From Candidatus Latescibacterota bacterium (GTDB taxonomy: Bacteria > Latescibacterota > UBA2968), in contig JAYODI010000023.1 in assembly GCA_038279365.1 (NCBI GenBank), positions 1-64,000 of the forward strand: a DNA stretch of 64,000 nt, written 5' to 3'. The notes beneath the pieces were generated by a model that made no database searches, was not told the DNA's origin, and was given only the letters and a program-made list of their open reading frames with translations. The stretch's first letter is position 1; each line of letters opens with the position of its first letter. Shown here one piece after another: positions 1-9,715 of this stretch. The translations under genes and the position numbers were made by a program.

Positions 1-735
1 ACATCCAAACCAAAAAAAGAGCGGCTTAATACGCTATCAAAAATCCCTTACTTTTTTGTCTTGAAATATGGGGGGCATTACAAACCCTTCATAGGCAGGA
101 GAAAGGATAAAGCGTTTACGCATCCACCACAGAACTGGGTGAGTTATGGAAAACGAATCGCATATGAACGATCACACGTTAGGGCAGTACTTAAATGTGC
201 CAACGTACCGAATCCCACAATCACAACAGATAAACCGTTCTCCTTTGGCTTGCTCAAACATCTATTTATGCATACGCTTCCAAGGGTGCCATTGGCACAG
301 CAGACCTCACAGTTCACCTGTTTTTAAAAAAGGGGGAAATCTTACGTCAACCATCACACCTATCCTCTGTATATACAAATCTTTACCTTTACATCTTGAC
401 GTGTATTCTCACCCATCCCCAGGCCCACTAACCAAAGTGGACATGGGGATGGCGTCATCATAGGCACACCTATGGCAGGGATGTTTATAAAACCAAGTCG
501 CAGCAAACCCTTTCTCCACAGCAAAATGGTTCTTTGTAAAGCAATAGATTGAGCAATTTCCCAAAATGGCTTATAAACCATTCTATTTAGGTTGAACCTG
601 AACGATGCTTGACCCAATGTCTTAAACCACTTACATTCACCAAGATAGGATCTTGGCATGTTACACATTGCACCTCATACTGGTGAATCATAGTGATTGT
701 TCAAACACAACGCGCAAAACATCGTTAATCTCTTG

Positions 736-752
736 AGCAATTCACGTACCAA
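736..752 (-). promoter_or_regulatory. sigma54 (-24/-12) promoter pointing leftwards
   Basis: Minus strand reads TTGGTACG-TGAA-TTGCT, an exact GG-N10-GC spacing close to the TGGCACG-N4-TTGCW consensus. Confidence 0.7.
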
Positions 753-793
753 AGCGCCTCACACACACAACCGCACACAACAAGACCCATAAA

Positions 794-806
794 AATCAAT
801 CACTTA
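794..806. promoter_or_regulatory. IHF binding site
   Basis: AATCAA-TCAC-TTA matches WATCAA-N4-TTR, about 45 bp upstream of the sigma54 -24 element. Confidence 0.55.
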
Positions 807-871
807 CACGTATAAAAAATATACGAAGCCCTACGAATGACATTCCCGTACGGCAAGTATTTCCCTACCCA

Positions 872-3379
872 ATGCCATTATCAAACCCAACGATCACACC
901 CCCGCCACCCCGTCTTTTGCCTTATGTGCTTTATGCCATTTTAGGGCTTATACCCTTTGTTTTTGTTGCTGGTTTAGACGCCCCAGACCTCCTACCACGC
1001 CTATTGCTCTTTCAGTTGGGGACCCTAATCATCACCCTAGTTTGGATACACTTAAAAGCGCCCCACCAATCCTCCCCATTCCATTTTTCCCTCCTGATCT
1101 ACATATTGATAATGACACTCTCTGTCTTTTGGGCCACAACACCGTTTCGCAGTGTTCATTTTTTGGCCAAACACATCTCATTTTTTTGCTTTTTTTGGAT
1201 ATTGTCGAACACAATCAAAAAACACCATATTCCCAACCTACTGACCGTTACAGCCCTTGCGGGCACAGGCGTCTCTCTATTTGGTATTCTGGAATACCAC
1301 AACATCATTCCCCACTGGATACCCTCAACAGGTCGCCCCAGCAGTACTTTTATGTTTCGCAACCTGGCTGCCCACTATCTCGTCGTCAACCTACCCTTAG
1401 CGGGTTTGTTATTTTTGATCGCCCAAAAATCGCTTCACCGTTGGATCAGTTGTATCAGTGCCTCAACCATGTTCATTTTTTTACTCTACACACGCACACG
1501 AGGTGCTTGGGTAGGTCTGTTTTGTGCAACAATACTCAATTTGGTTTTATGGTTCATATGCCACAGAGCCACCTTTTATCAAGCAATCCGAACCCATTTC
1601 AATCGACAATCGGCTACATTTGTCATCGCATCTCTTTTATTTATCGCCATCCTTGGCCCGCTGCCTGCCAGTTTCAAAGAACAGCACACCCAACGATTTG
1701 ACGAAAAAAAAGCCGACATATCGTCGGCGGTTACATCCATATTTAAAACGGGTGGTGATCGTGGGCGCACCAAAATGTGGCAACACACCCTATCTATGAT
1801 CGCAGAAAATCCTTGGGGTGTCGGGCTTGGCAATTGGGAGTTTTTATATCCACGCTATGACAAAGGAGAGCAAATCAGCCCAGATACCACCCCCAGACGC
1901 CCACATAATGACCTTTTGTGGATTGCATCAGAAGTTGGTATTTTAGGGCTATTCGCGTATCTCTCAATTTTGATTATGGTTCTCATCATCAACGTGCGCA
2001 TTTGGAAAATCAACAACGCCCCCCAAAACCATTTTATGGTTTTGATGTGTGGTATTGCGATGTTTGCCATGATCGGTGATGGTTTTTTTAATTTTCCCTA
2101 TGAACGAATTCCACCCGTTATTCTATTTTGGTTATCCTTGTCTATAATCGTTGTTTGTTACAAAGACCTCCACCCCACGCCAGTAAAACACTATCCAACC
2201 CGTTTCAACATATTGCTTCCCATCTTGCTCATAGGTGCCATTTGCATCACCCTAAAAAATATTGCATTTGACTATCACTACATTCGCGCCGTTCGCGCCT
2301 CCTTACAATCAGATGTCAACACCGAGAGCGATGAAGCGGGCAAAGCACTCCGTTATGGCCCATTTAACCATCAAGCTCTTGTGATTTACGGAAGTGCCTT
2401 AAAGGAACAAAAAAGATTTGTCCAAGCAGAACAAGCTTTGCAACGCGCACTAAATTATCACCCTTATTTTGCCAATATCTACAACAATATTGGCCACCTT
2501 TATGATGATTGGGGGCGCTTAGAAGACGCCACCCAAGCCTATCATAAAACCATTCAATTAATGCCTACGCACCACAAAGCCATTTATAACCTCGGCATCA
2601 TCTATGAAAAAAAAGACCAACCAGACAGTGCCAAAGCAGCCTATCACAAAGCCATTGCTACAAATGGTGACTTTGGCAAAGCCTATCACAATTTGGCAGG
2701 CATTTTTAACAAACAAGGTCAACCCGATTCTGCACGCTTCTATTATGAAAAAGCGATCCGTGCCGTAAACAGCACCCCAGAGTCATATTTCAACTTGGGC
2801 AACTTGTTTGCACAACAAAAACATTTTAAAGCGGCTATTCAAGCTTATGAAGCCTTTATTGCCAACTGGCAAGGAGACGCAATATGGCTTGTTGAAGCCC
2901 AAAAAGGATTGAGCGAGGCCTATAGCGGGTTGGGTGTACAAACAGAACAACAAGGAGACCTTGACCAAGCTCTTATATTGTACCAAACAGCCATCAAGCA
3001 TTGGCCCGACAATGCCATGAATTGGTACAACTTGGGCAATGTTTACCGCTTGCAAGACAATTCCGAACAAGCCATATCGGCTTATAAAAAAGCAATCGAG
3101 AACGACAATCAATTTGTCAATGCCTACAACAATATGGGTTTAACATATACAAATCTCAAACAATACTCCAAAGCTGTTGAAACCTTCACAAAATCATTAA
3201 AAATCCATCCAGAAAACCCAGCAAATCACATCAACTTAGCCAATGCATATCTTGGAAAAGGTGACATTTACCGTGCAATTGATTCATACGAAACATTTTT
3301 AAGTTTGTGGGATCGCGAGGATGATACCCAAAAACAAGTACTAACAATTCTTAAAGAACTGAAAGCTTCTATCAAATAA
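872..3379 (+). CDS. O-antigen ligase/OTase-like (Wzy_C) membrane protein with TPR repeats, paralog 1
   Basis: Multi-TM N-half with PSSTFxFRN, YTRTRGAW, GDRGRxxMW, GVGLGNW and RPHNDLLW motifs; C-half has many TPRs (YNNIG, YYNLG type). Confidence 0.85.
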   Translation: MPLSNPTITPPPPRLLPYVLYAILGLIPFVFVAGLDAPDLLPRLLLFQLGTLIITLVWIHLKAPHQSSPFHFSLLIYILIMTLSVFWATTPFRSVHFLAKHISFFCFFWILSNTIKKHHIPNLLTVTALAGTGVSLFGILEYHNIIPHWIPSTGRPSSTFMFRNLAAHYLVVNLPLAGLLFLIAQKSLHRWISCISASTMFIFLLYTRTRGAWVGLFCATILNLVLWFICHRATFYQAIRTHFNRQSATFVIASLLFIAILGPLPASFKEQHTQRFDEKKADISSAVTSIFKTGGDRGRTKMWQHTLSMIAENPWGVGLGNWEFLYPRYDKGEQISPDTTPRRPHNDLLWIASEVGILGLFAYLSILIMVLIINVRIWKINNAPQNHFMVLMCGIAMFAMIGDGFFNFPYERIPPVILFWLSLSIIVVCYKDLHPTPVKHYPTRFNILLPILLIGAICITLKNIAFDYHYIRAVRASLQSDVNTESDEAGKALRYGPFNHQALVIYGSALKEQKRFVQAEQALQRALNYHPYFANIYNNIGHLYDDWGRLEDATQAYHKTIQLMPTHHKAIYNLGIIYEKKDQPDSAKAAYHKAIATNGDFGKAYHNLAGIFNKQGQPDSARFYYEKAIRAVNSTPESYFNLGNLFAQQKHFKAAIQAYEAFIANWQGDAIWLVEAQKGLSEAYSGLGVQTEQQGDLDQALILYQTAIKHWPDNAMNWYNLGNVYRLQDNSEQAISAYKKAIENDNQFVNAYNNMGLTYTNLKQYSKAVETFTKSLKIHPENPANHINLANAYLGKGDIYRAIDSYETFLSLWDREDDTQKQVLTILKELKASIK

Positions 3380-3505
3380 CCATCCACCGTATGCTAAAAA
3401 TCAATCTCCTGTGATAATCATTCCTTGCCCAGGTAAACATTTCGATCAAAAACCAATACCACTCCACAACCAAGCATATATAACCCCATCAAACCCAATA
3501 AAAAT

Positions 3506-5572
3506 ATGTCTACCCAATCAAAACACAATTTATCTGTTTGGATCATAGCCTTATTAATTGGCATCATCCCACTGCTTTATCCTGGTCTCTCTTATGCATC
3601 TACAGATTTGTTGCCCAAAAGACTCTTTCTTTATTTGGGTTGTGCCATATTGTGTTTGACATGGCTGGTTCAACACGCAAACATTTCAACACAATCCCTA
3701 CAATCTCATCTCACCAAAATCGCTGCGGTATATGTAGTTTGGAACATTGCCTCCCTTTTTTGGGCAACAAACGCTTTTTCTGGGTGGGTTGAAGTCCTTC
3801 AACTCTTGGCCGTGTTCACCATATTTATAGCCACCACCGCACTCAACGTTCGCCAACACATTCAAATCATCAGTCTGGTGGCCTCTATTGGTGGTCTGAT
3901 GGTATCTCTAATTGGCATCGCACAATACTTAGGTTTGGGCTTTGATACCATTCCTTCAGTAGGCTTGCCCAGCAGCACATTCATTTTTCGCAATTTAGCC
4001 GCAGCATATTTGTTGGGCGCAATCCCTTTGGGACTTTTGGCTCTATTCCATTCACCAACAACCCTATCTAAAAACATCAGCATCCTTTCTCTTTCCAGCA
4101 TGTTGCTCTATTTGTTTTATACCCGAACGCGTGGCGCTTGGGTTGCGCTCTTTGGTTCTGTTTTGGTTTTGGCACTTCTGTTGGGTTTGTCAAAAGACCT
4201 ACGACATACAACAAAGCAATTGATTTTAAACCTATGGCATACGCCTTCAAACCGTTGGATAGGAATATTATCCATTTCGCTGATGGTCATCGGTATGACC
4301 TTGTCAGCACAAACATCAAAACAAGTTATCCAACAATTTGACGAACAAAAAGCAACACCAACCGCAGCCGTCACATCACTCCTCACGCCCGGCGGTGATC
4401 GTGGGCGTTTTACCATGTGGCGTCATACGGGCAGTATGATTGTCGATCACCCACTCATAGGTGTGGGCCTTGACAACTGGGAATACGTATATCCACTGTA
4501 CGATAAAGGTGAAAAAATAACATTTTCTTCAGAACCCGTTCGTCCACACAACGACTTCCTTTGGATTGCATCAGAGCTTGGTTTGGTGGGTCTCTGCATT
4601 TATGTGGCCCTGCTCTTTTTGGCCATACAACGCGTCTTTCAGTCCCTTAAACAACCAGATAAACAACAATCATTTTTATTGACCCAAGCACTTTTTGGTC
4701 TTATCGCCCTCACACTTTATAGTCTTTTTAGCTTCCCCAAAGAACAACCCACAACAGCGCTTCTTTTTTGGTTTTATTTGGGTTTAATCAACGTCACACC
4801 ACCAATAAAAGAACAAAACAGGCAAGTTATTATTCCTTTGTTGGGCCTCATCATATGCCTGTATGCCACCTTTATGTGCATACGCCACATCCAATTTGAC
4901 CAACATTATCAAATAGCGCGTTCATATGAATCTCAACAAAAATGGGCACAAGCAGAGCAAGCCATTCATAAGGCCATCGAGCAAGGTGTATTTGATCATC
5001 GGGCCCAGTTTTTACAAGGCCACTACCTCCAAAAGATGGGAAAGTTAGACGCCTCTGCAACCGCCTATTTAGCAGCACTCAAAACACACCCCAATTATGC
5101 GCATACGTATCACAACTTAGGGGGCGTATATGCCGCACGTGGCAATCTTAAACAAGCCATTAATAGTTTTCAACAGGCTTTAGAAATTCGCCCCAATTAC
5201 CATCAAGCCAGTTTGCATTTGGGTAACGCCTATGTTGCAACACGCCAGTTTGACTTGGCAAGCAAAGTCTTCCAAAACATTTTGGAAAACAATCCAAACT
5301 CGGCAGATGCCTATACCAACCTTGGCGCGGTCTATTTGCGCCAAGAAAAATTTGGTCTGGCCATTCAAGCCTTTCGCAAAGCCCTTGAAATACAACCGCA
5401 AAGTGCACAAGCTTACAACAATTTGGCGTATGCCTACGAACAAACAGGCCAAATTGCCAATGCCATTACAGCTTATGAAAACCTCTTAAAACATTGGCAA
5501 GGTGATCAGGCATATCGCACCACAATAGAAAACCATTTGAAACAACTTCGCCTACAAATTGAGATACCGTAG
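3506..5572 (+). CDS. O-antigen ligase/OTase-like + TPR protein, paralog 2
   Basis: Same motifs (YTRTRGAW, GDRGR, RPHNDFLW), TPRs, C-terminal HWQGD. Confidence 0.85.
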   Translation: MSTQSKHNLSVWIIALLIGIIPLLYPGLSYASTDLLPKRLFLYLGCAILCLTWLVQHANISTQSLQSHLTKIAAVYVVWNIASLFWATNAFSGWVEVLQLLAVFTIFIATTALNVRQHIQIISLVASIGGLMVSLIGIAQYLGLGFDTIPSVGLPSSTFIFRNLAAAYLLGAIPLGLLALFHSPTTLSKNISILSLSSMLLYLFYTRTRGAWVALFGSVLVLALLLGLSKDLRHTTKQLILNLWHTPSNRWIGILSISLMVIGMTLSAQTSKQVIQQFDEQKATPTAAVTSLLTPGGDRGRFTMWRHTGSMIVDHPLIGVGLDNWEYVYPLYDKGEKITFSSEPVRPHNDFLWIASELGLVGLCIYVALLFLAIQRVFQSLKQPDKQQSFLLTQALFGLIALTLYSLFSFPKEQPTTALLFWFYLGLINVTPPIKEQNRQVIIPLLGLIICLYATFMCIRHIQFDQHYQIARSYESQQKWAQAEQAIHKAIEQGVFDHRAQFLQGHYLQKMGKLDASATAYLAALKTHPNYAHTYHNLGGVYAARGNLKQAINSFQQALEIRPNYHQASLHLGNAYVATRQFDLASKVFQNILENNPNSADAYTNLGAVYLRQEKFGLAIQAFRKALEIQPQSAQAYNNLAYAYEQTGQIANAITAYENLLKHWQGDQAYRTTIENHLKQLRLQIEIP

Positions 5573-7678
5573 ATGAACCAACCCTCTAAAAACAGCACCA
5601 CAAACATCCCAAGCACCATATTCTGCATCCTTTGTGCCAGCATCCCCTTATTCATGTTACCCAGCCTCTATGAGTATGCCTTGCTACCCAAACGCATGCT
5701 CTTACAACTTGGGTTATTTACCATCGCACTTATCTGGTGGTTTGATTTTAAAAATCAAAAAAAACACTTATTTCACAGTGCCCTATATCTCCCCATCATT
5801 TGTTATTTTTTATTCGCCACAGTGTCTATCACACAGGCCACCAATAGCACAACAGCCATCATAGAACTTGCACATCAACTGACTTTTGTTGGTCTTTTTA
5901 TTTTGGCATATCATACATTTCAGATTGAAAATTTTCCAAAATTCTTACGAATTTGTGCCACTGTAGGCATTGTGGTCTCTTTCATGGGCATATTAGAAGC
6001 ACGTGGCATAGATGCCAACTGGTTTCCCTTATCCAATGGACGGCCCAGTGCAACGTTTGAATATCGAAACTTCGCTGCCGCCTATCTCATATTAAGCTTA
6101 CCATTAACTTTGTTGCTGTGGATTCAAGCAAAAAAAAATACCGACTTTCTGCTCGGTATTGTCGCAACAACCATGATGTTAACATTTCTTATTTATACCC
6201 GCACCCGAGGTGCTTGGGTAGGATTTTTGGGTGCAATATGTATCACCCTATTCATTGCAAGTTTTGCAAAGTGGCGCTGGAAAACACCGTTTGCGTTCAC
6301 AATCTGTTGGAAAAACAAAACCAATCAGGCCATAACTGCGCTTGCCGTCATACTCTTGGTATTCTTGGCAACATTGCCGCCTCAAATCGCCTCTCCACAT
6401 TCAAGAGCCATTGATGAAGGGAAATTAGAACTGGCAAATGCCTTGTCTTTTGCCACTGCCCCGCAAGCAGATCGTGGGCGACGTACTTTGTGGACCCACA
6501 CAATCGCCATGATCCAAGATCATCCGCTACTCGGTGTGGGCCTCAACAATTGGCAATACCTATATCCGCTATACGACCAGGGTGACATGATAGGTGCCCA
6601 ATCTGCCCCCGTACGCCCCCACAACGATTGGTTATGGATTGCCTCCGAAATGGGCATTCCGGCCTGGTTCATCTATATGTGGTTTTTGACCACAATTGCC
6701 CTTATGGTCGTACGTATATTACAAAATACAAAAAACCCCTCTTACGGACTCTACACACTTGCAATCTCAGCATCTCTATTGGCCATGTTAGGCCACGGAC
6801 AAGTCAGCTTTCCCAAAGAGAGAATTGAAACCAACTTTATTTTTTGGTTTGGCCTTGGCATAATTGCACAAATAGCAACACACACCCAAAATGCCAAGCC
6901 AATTCACCATCCAATTACAAAATGGGGTATCTTAAGTATCCCACTGGTATTGCTTTTTTGTACAGGGCTTTCGTATTGCCACATTCAATTTGACCGCCAT
7001 TATCTACGCGCGTATGAATATCATCAAGGCAATCAATATCAAGGTGTCATTATGGAGGCTAACCAAGCCTTAAAGTGGGGGAACTTCAACCCTCAAATAT
7101 ATTTTTTACAAGGCAATGGTTACCGCTACACCAACCAACCTCTCCATGCCGAAAATGCTTATTTGCAAGGGTTGCGTTATCATCCCTACTCGGTTCAATT
7201 TCTCAAGGCATTGGGCACGGCCTATGCCTTACAAAACAAGCTTGATCTAGCAGAAAAAACATATGATAAAGCATTAGAAATTTATCCTGATTATGCCCCT
7301 GTCTACAACGATTTAGGAAACATCTATCAACAACGTCAGGAATTTTCAAAAGCCATTGCAGCATATAAAAAAGCATCGCACCTAAACGATCCGACTACCC
7401 AGCGAAACTTGGCCCTTGCCTTTGTTGCCACCGACAGTACCCAACAAGCCATTGCACTTTACCGCAATCTCATCACATCCCAACCCTCAGATATTGCTCT
7501 GTTTTATGAACTGGGTGAAGCCTACTTCAAACACGCATCACAAGATCCCAATGCCTACATACAAGCAAGAGCAGCCTTTAATCATTTCTTAAAACATTGG
7601 CAAGGTGATCCACAATTTAAACAAATTGCACAAACCAAACTCCAAGCCATCCAAACCCATCTCACACAAACACCGTGA
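5573..7678 (+). CDS. O-antigen ligase/OTase-like + TPR protein, paralog 3
   Basis: YTRTRGAW, ADRGR, RPHNDWLW, TPRs, HWQGD; starts immediately after the previous stop. Confidence 0.85.
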   Translation: MNQPSKNSTTNIPSTIFCILCASIPLFMLPSLYEYALLPKRMLLQLGLFTIALIWWFDFKNQKKHLFHSALYLPIICYFLFATVSITQATNSTTAIIELAHQLTFVGLFILAYHTFQIENFPKFLRICATVGIVVSFMGILEARGIDANWFPLSNGRPSATFEYRNFAAAYLILSLPLTLLLWIQAKKNTDFLLGIVATTMMLTFLIYTRTRGAWVGFLGAICITLFIASFAKWRWKTPFAFTICWKNKTNQAITALAVILLVFLATLPPQIASPHSRAIDEGKLELANALSFATAPQADRGRRTLWTHTIAMIQDHPLLGVGLNNWQYLYPLYDQGDMIGAQSAPVRPHNDWLWIASEMGIPAWFIYMWFLTTIALMVVRILQNTKNPSYGLYTLAISASLLAMLGHGQVSFPKERIETNFIFWFGLGIIAQIATHTQNAKPIHHPITKWGILSIPLVLLFCTGLSYCHIQFDRHYLRAYEYHQGNQYQGVIMEANQALKWGNFNPQIYFLQGNGYRYTNQPLHAENAYLQGLRYHPYSVQFLKALGTAYALQNKLDLAEKTYDKALEIYPDYAPVYNDLGNIYQQRQEFSKAIAAYKKASHLNDPTTQRNLALAFVATDSTQQAIALYRNLITSQPSDIALFYELGEAYFKHASQDPNAYIQARAAFNHFLKHWQGDPQFKQIAQTKLQAIQTHLTQTP

Positions 7679-9711
7679 CCTCAAAAATTATTTCCATCAT
7701 ATTGGGCGTTTTGGCAGGCATTGTCCCCATTATTTATGTGCCAGGCATTTTTGACTTTGCCCGACATCCTCGCCTTTTTATGATTCAACTGTTTTTGCTC
7801 TTGGGGTGTTTCTTATTAGCCATCGCCAATAAGCCTCCCCATATCTCACAAAAAATATACCGACCATTGATCTGTTGGACCTCCTGGACGTTGCTTTCTA
7901 CACTTTGGGCAATCAATCCCATTGAATCGCTCATCCAAGCACAACGCATTGTCATCTTTTCTCTTATTCCGCTCATATTTTGCACCATACGATCACAAAA
8001 TGCTGTCAAATCCATTTATGCCATGGCCTGTTTTACGGGGGCAATTGTCTCAATTATTGGCATTTGTCAATATTTTGGGTGGGCATTTAATACCCTTCCC
8101 ACAGTAGGTAACCCCAGCGCTACTTTTGGCTATCGCAATTTTGCTGCCAGCTATTTGGTCGTATTATTGCCTGCCACGACAGGGTTTGCTCTTTCCGAAC
8201 AAACCCATAAAAAAATAGGCTGGGGGATCGCAGCTGTGCTAATGGCTATTTTCTTAGCCTACACACGCACACGAGGCGCGTGGTTGGGATTCATGGTTGC
8301 CACCTTAATAGCGATAACAGCATTAACTTATTTGTATATGCGTCATCAAATAAAGCAACCTATTTTTCAATTTGTAAAATGGCCAATGCTTGTCGTCATA
8401 TTTGCTGTGGTCTGTATGGTAGGTTTAATACCAGATCAGATGCAACAAACAGGGAAGTTCAAATTTGACGAGCGCAAGACAGATGCCGTAACGGCATTAT
8501 CAACAGCCTTTTCGCCCTCAGATGCCAGAGGCCGTCTCATTGTTTGGCAACATACCCTTGAAATGGTTCGCAACAATCCATTGGTGGGTGTGGGTTTAGG
8601 CAGTTGGCAATATGAATATCCCAAATATGACAAAGGCGATTGGATCACCAACAACACAGCTCCCCAAAGACCACACAACGATTTGCTTTGGATATTGTCT
8701 GAAACGGGCGTAATTGGGCTGGGACTTTTTTTGTGGTTACTCTTTGTCATTTTACAAATGATTTGGCAAAAACTAAAGCATCCGACTGACATCACAACAC
8801 TATGGATGCTGGGTATTGGTGTTGGTTTGCTTGCTTTTGTCGGGCACAGCTTTTTTAGCTTTCCCCAAGAACGCCCAGCACCGTCCCTAATTTTTTGGAT
8901 GGGCATAGGTGCTATTGCCAACCTTGCTTACAAGCCTAATGAAAGACCACTTCCCTTTCGTGTGGCCTACCTACTTGCCATCCCCTTATTGTTTTGTGGT
9001 CTCATATTATCTTATCACCACATCCAATTTGACAAATTTTATCTACAAGCCCACAGTGCTTGGCGTCAGCAAAATTGGCAACAACTTTTATCGGCAACCA
9101 ACCAAGCGCGCCAATGGGGGCCTCTCAACTATCGCATTTACCTCTTAAAAGGTGCGGCCCACCAGCAATTGGGTCAGCTTGAAGAAGCCATTGCATCATA
9201 CCAAAATGCACAACAACAACACCCCAACGAAGGTCATGCCGCCTTAGGCTCAGCTTATTTGGCCAATAAAAATTACGATCTGGCACTCAAACACTTGCGA
9301 ATCGAACACGCACTCTACCCAAACGCCCCCCAGGTAAAAGCCGACTTGGCCAACGCACTTTTGCAAGTGGGGACACAGCACCAAATACAACGCGCTTATA
9401 CACTAGCACAGGCATCCTACCAAGAAGCACTGTCCTTTCAAGCAACCGATCCACGCATCTACAACAACTTGGGCAGTGTGATGATGGCACAAAAAAACTT
9501 TGCTCAAGCAGAGATCGCATTTTTAGAAGCATTGAAACGCCAACCCGACTATGCACGCGTCTATCATAATTTGGGAGATTTATATACCTTACAAAAAGAC
9601 ACATCTCGAGCCATTGATGCCTACCAACAATTTATATCAAAATGGCAAGGTGATCCTCAAATGATAGAAATTGCGCGCAAAAAAATCATCCAATTGACAT
9701 TACCCCAATAA
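7675..9711 (+). CDS. O-antigen ligase/OTase-like + TPR protein, paralog 4
   Basis: YTRTRGAW, DARGR, RPHNDLLW, TPRs, KWQGD; GTGA overlap with the previous gene. Confidence 0.85.
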   Translation: MTSKIISIILGVLAGIVPIIYVPGIFDFARHPRLFMIQLFLLLGCFLLAIANKPPHISQKIYRPLICWTSWTLLSTLWAINPIESLIQAQRIVIFSLIPLIFCTIRSQNAVKSIYAMACFTGAIVSIIGICQYFGWAFNTLPTVGNPSATFGYRNFAASYLVVLLPATTGFALSEQTHKKIGWGIAAVLMAIFLAYTRTRGAWLGFMVATLIAITALTYLYMRHQIKQPIFQFVKWPMLVVIFAVVCMVGLIPDQMQQTGKFKFDERKTDAVTALSTAFSPSDARGRLIVWQHTLEMVRNNPLVGVGLGSWQYEYPKYDKGDWITNNTAPQRPHNDLLWILSETGVIGLGLFLWLLFVILQMIWQKLKHPTDITTLWMLGIGVGLLAFVGHSFFSFPQERPAPSLIFWMGIGAIANLAYKPNERPLPFRVAYLLAIPLLFCGLILSYHHIQFDKFYLQAHSAWRQQNWQQLLSATNQARQWGPLNYRIYLLKGAAHQQLGQLEEAIASYQNAQQQHPNEGHAALGSAYLANKNYDLALKHLRIEHALYPNAPQVKADLANALLQVGTQHQIQRAYTLAQASYQEALSFQATDPRIYNNLGSVMMAQKNFAQAEIAFLEALKRQPDYARVYHNLGDLYTLQKDTSRAIDAYQQFISKWQGDPQMIEIARKKIIQLTLPQ

Positions 9712-9715
9712 CCCA

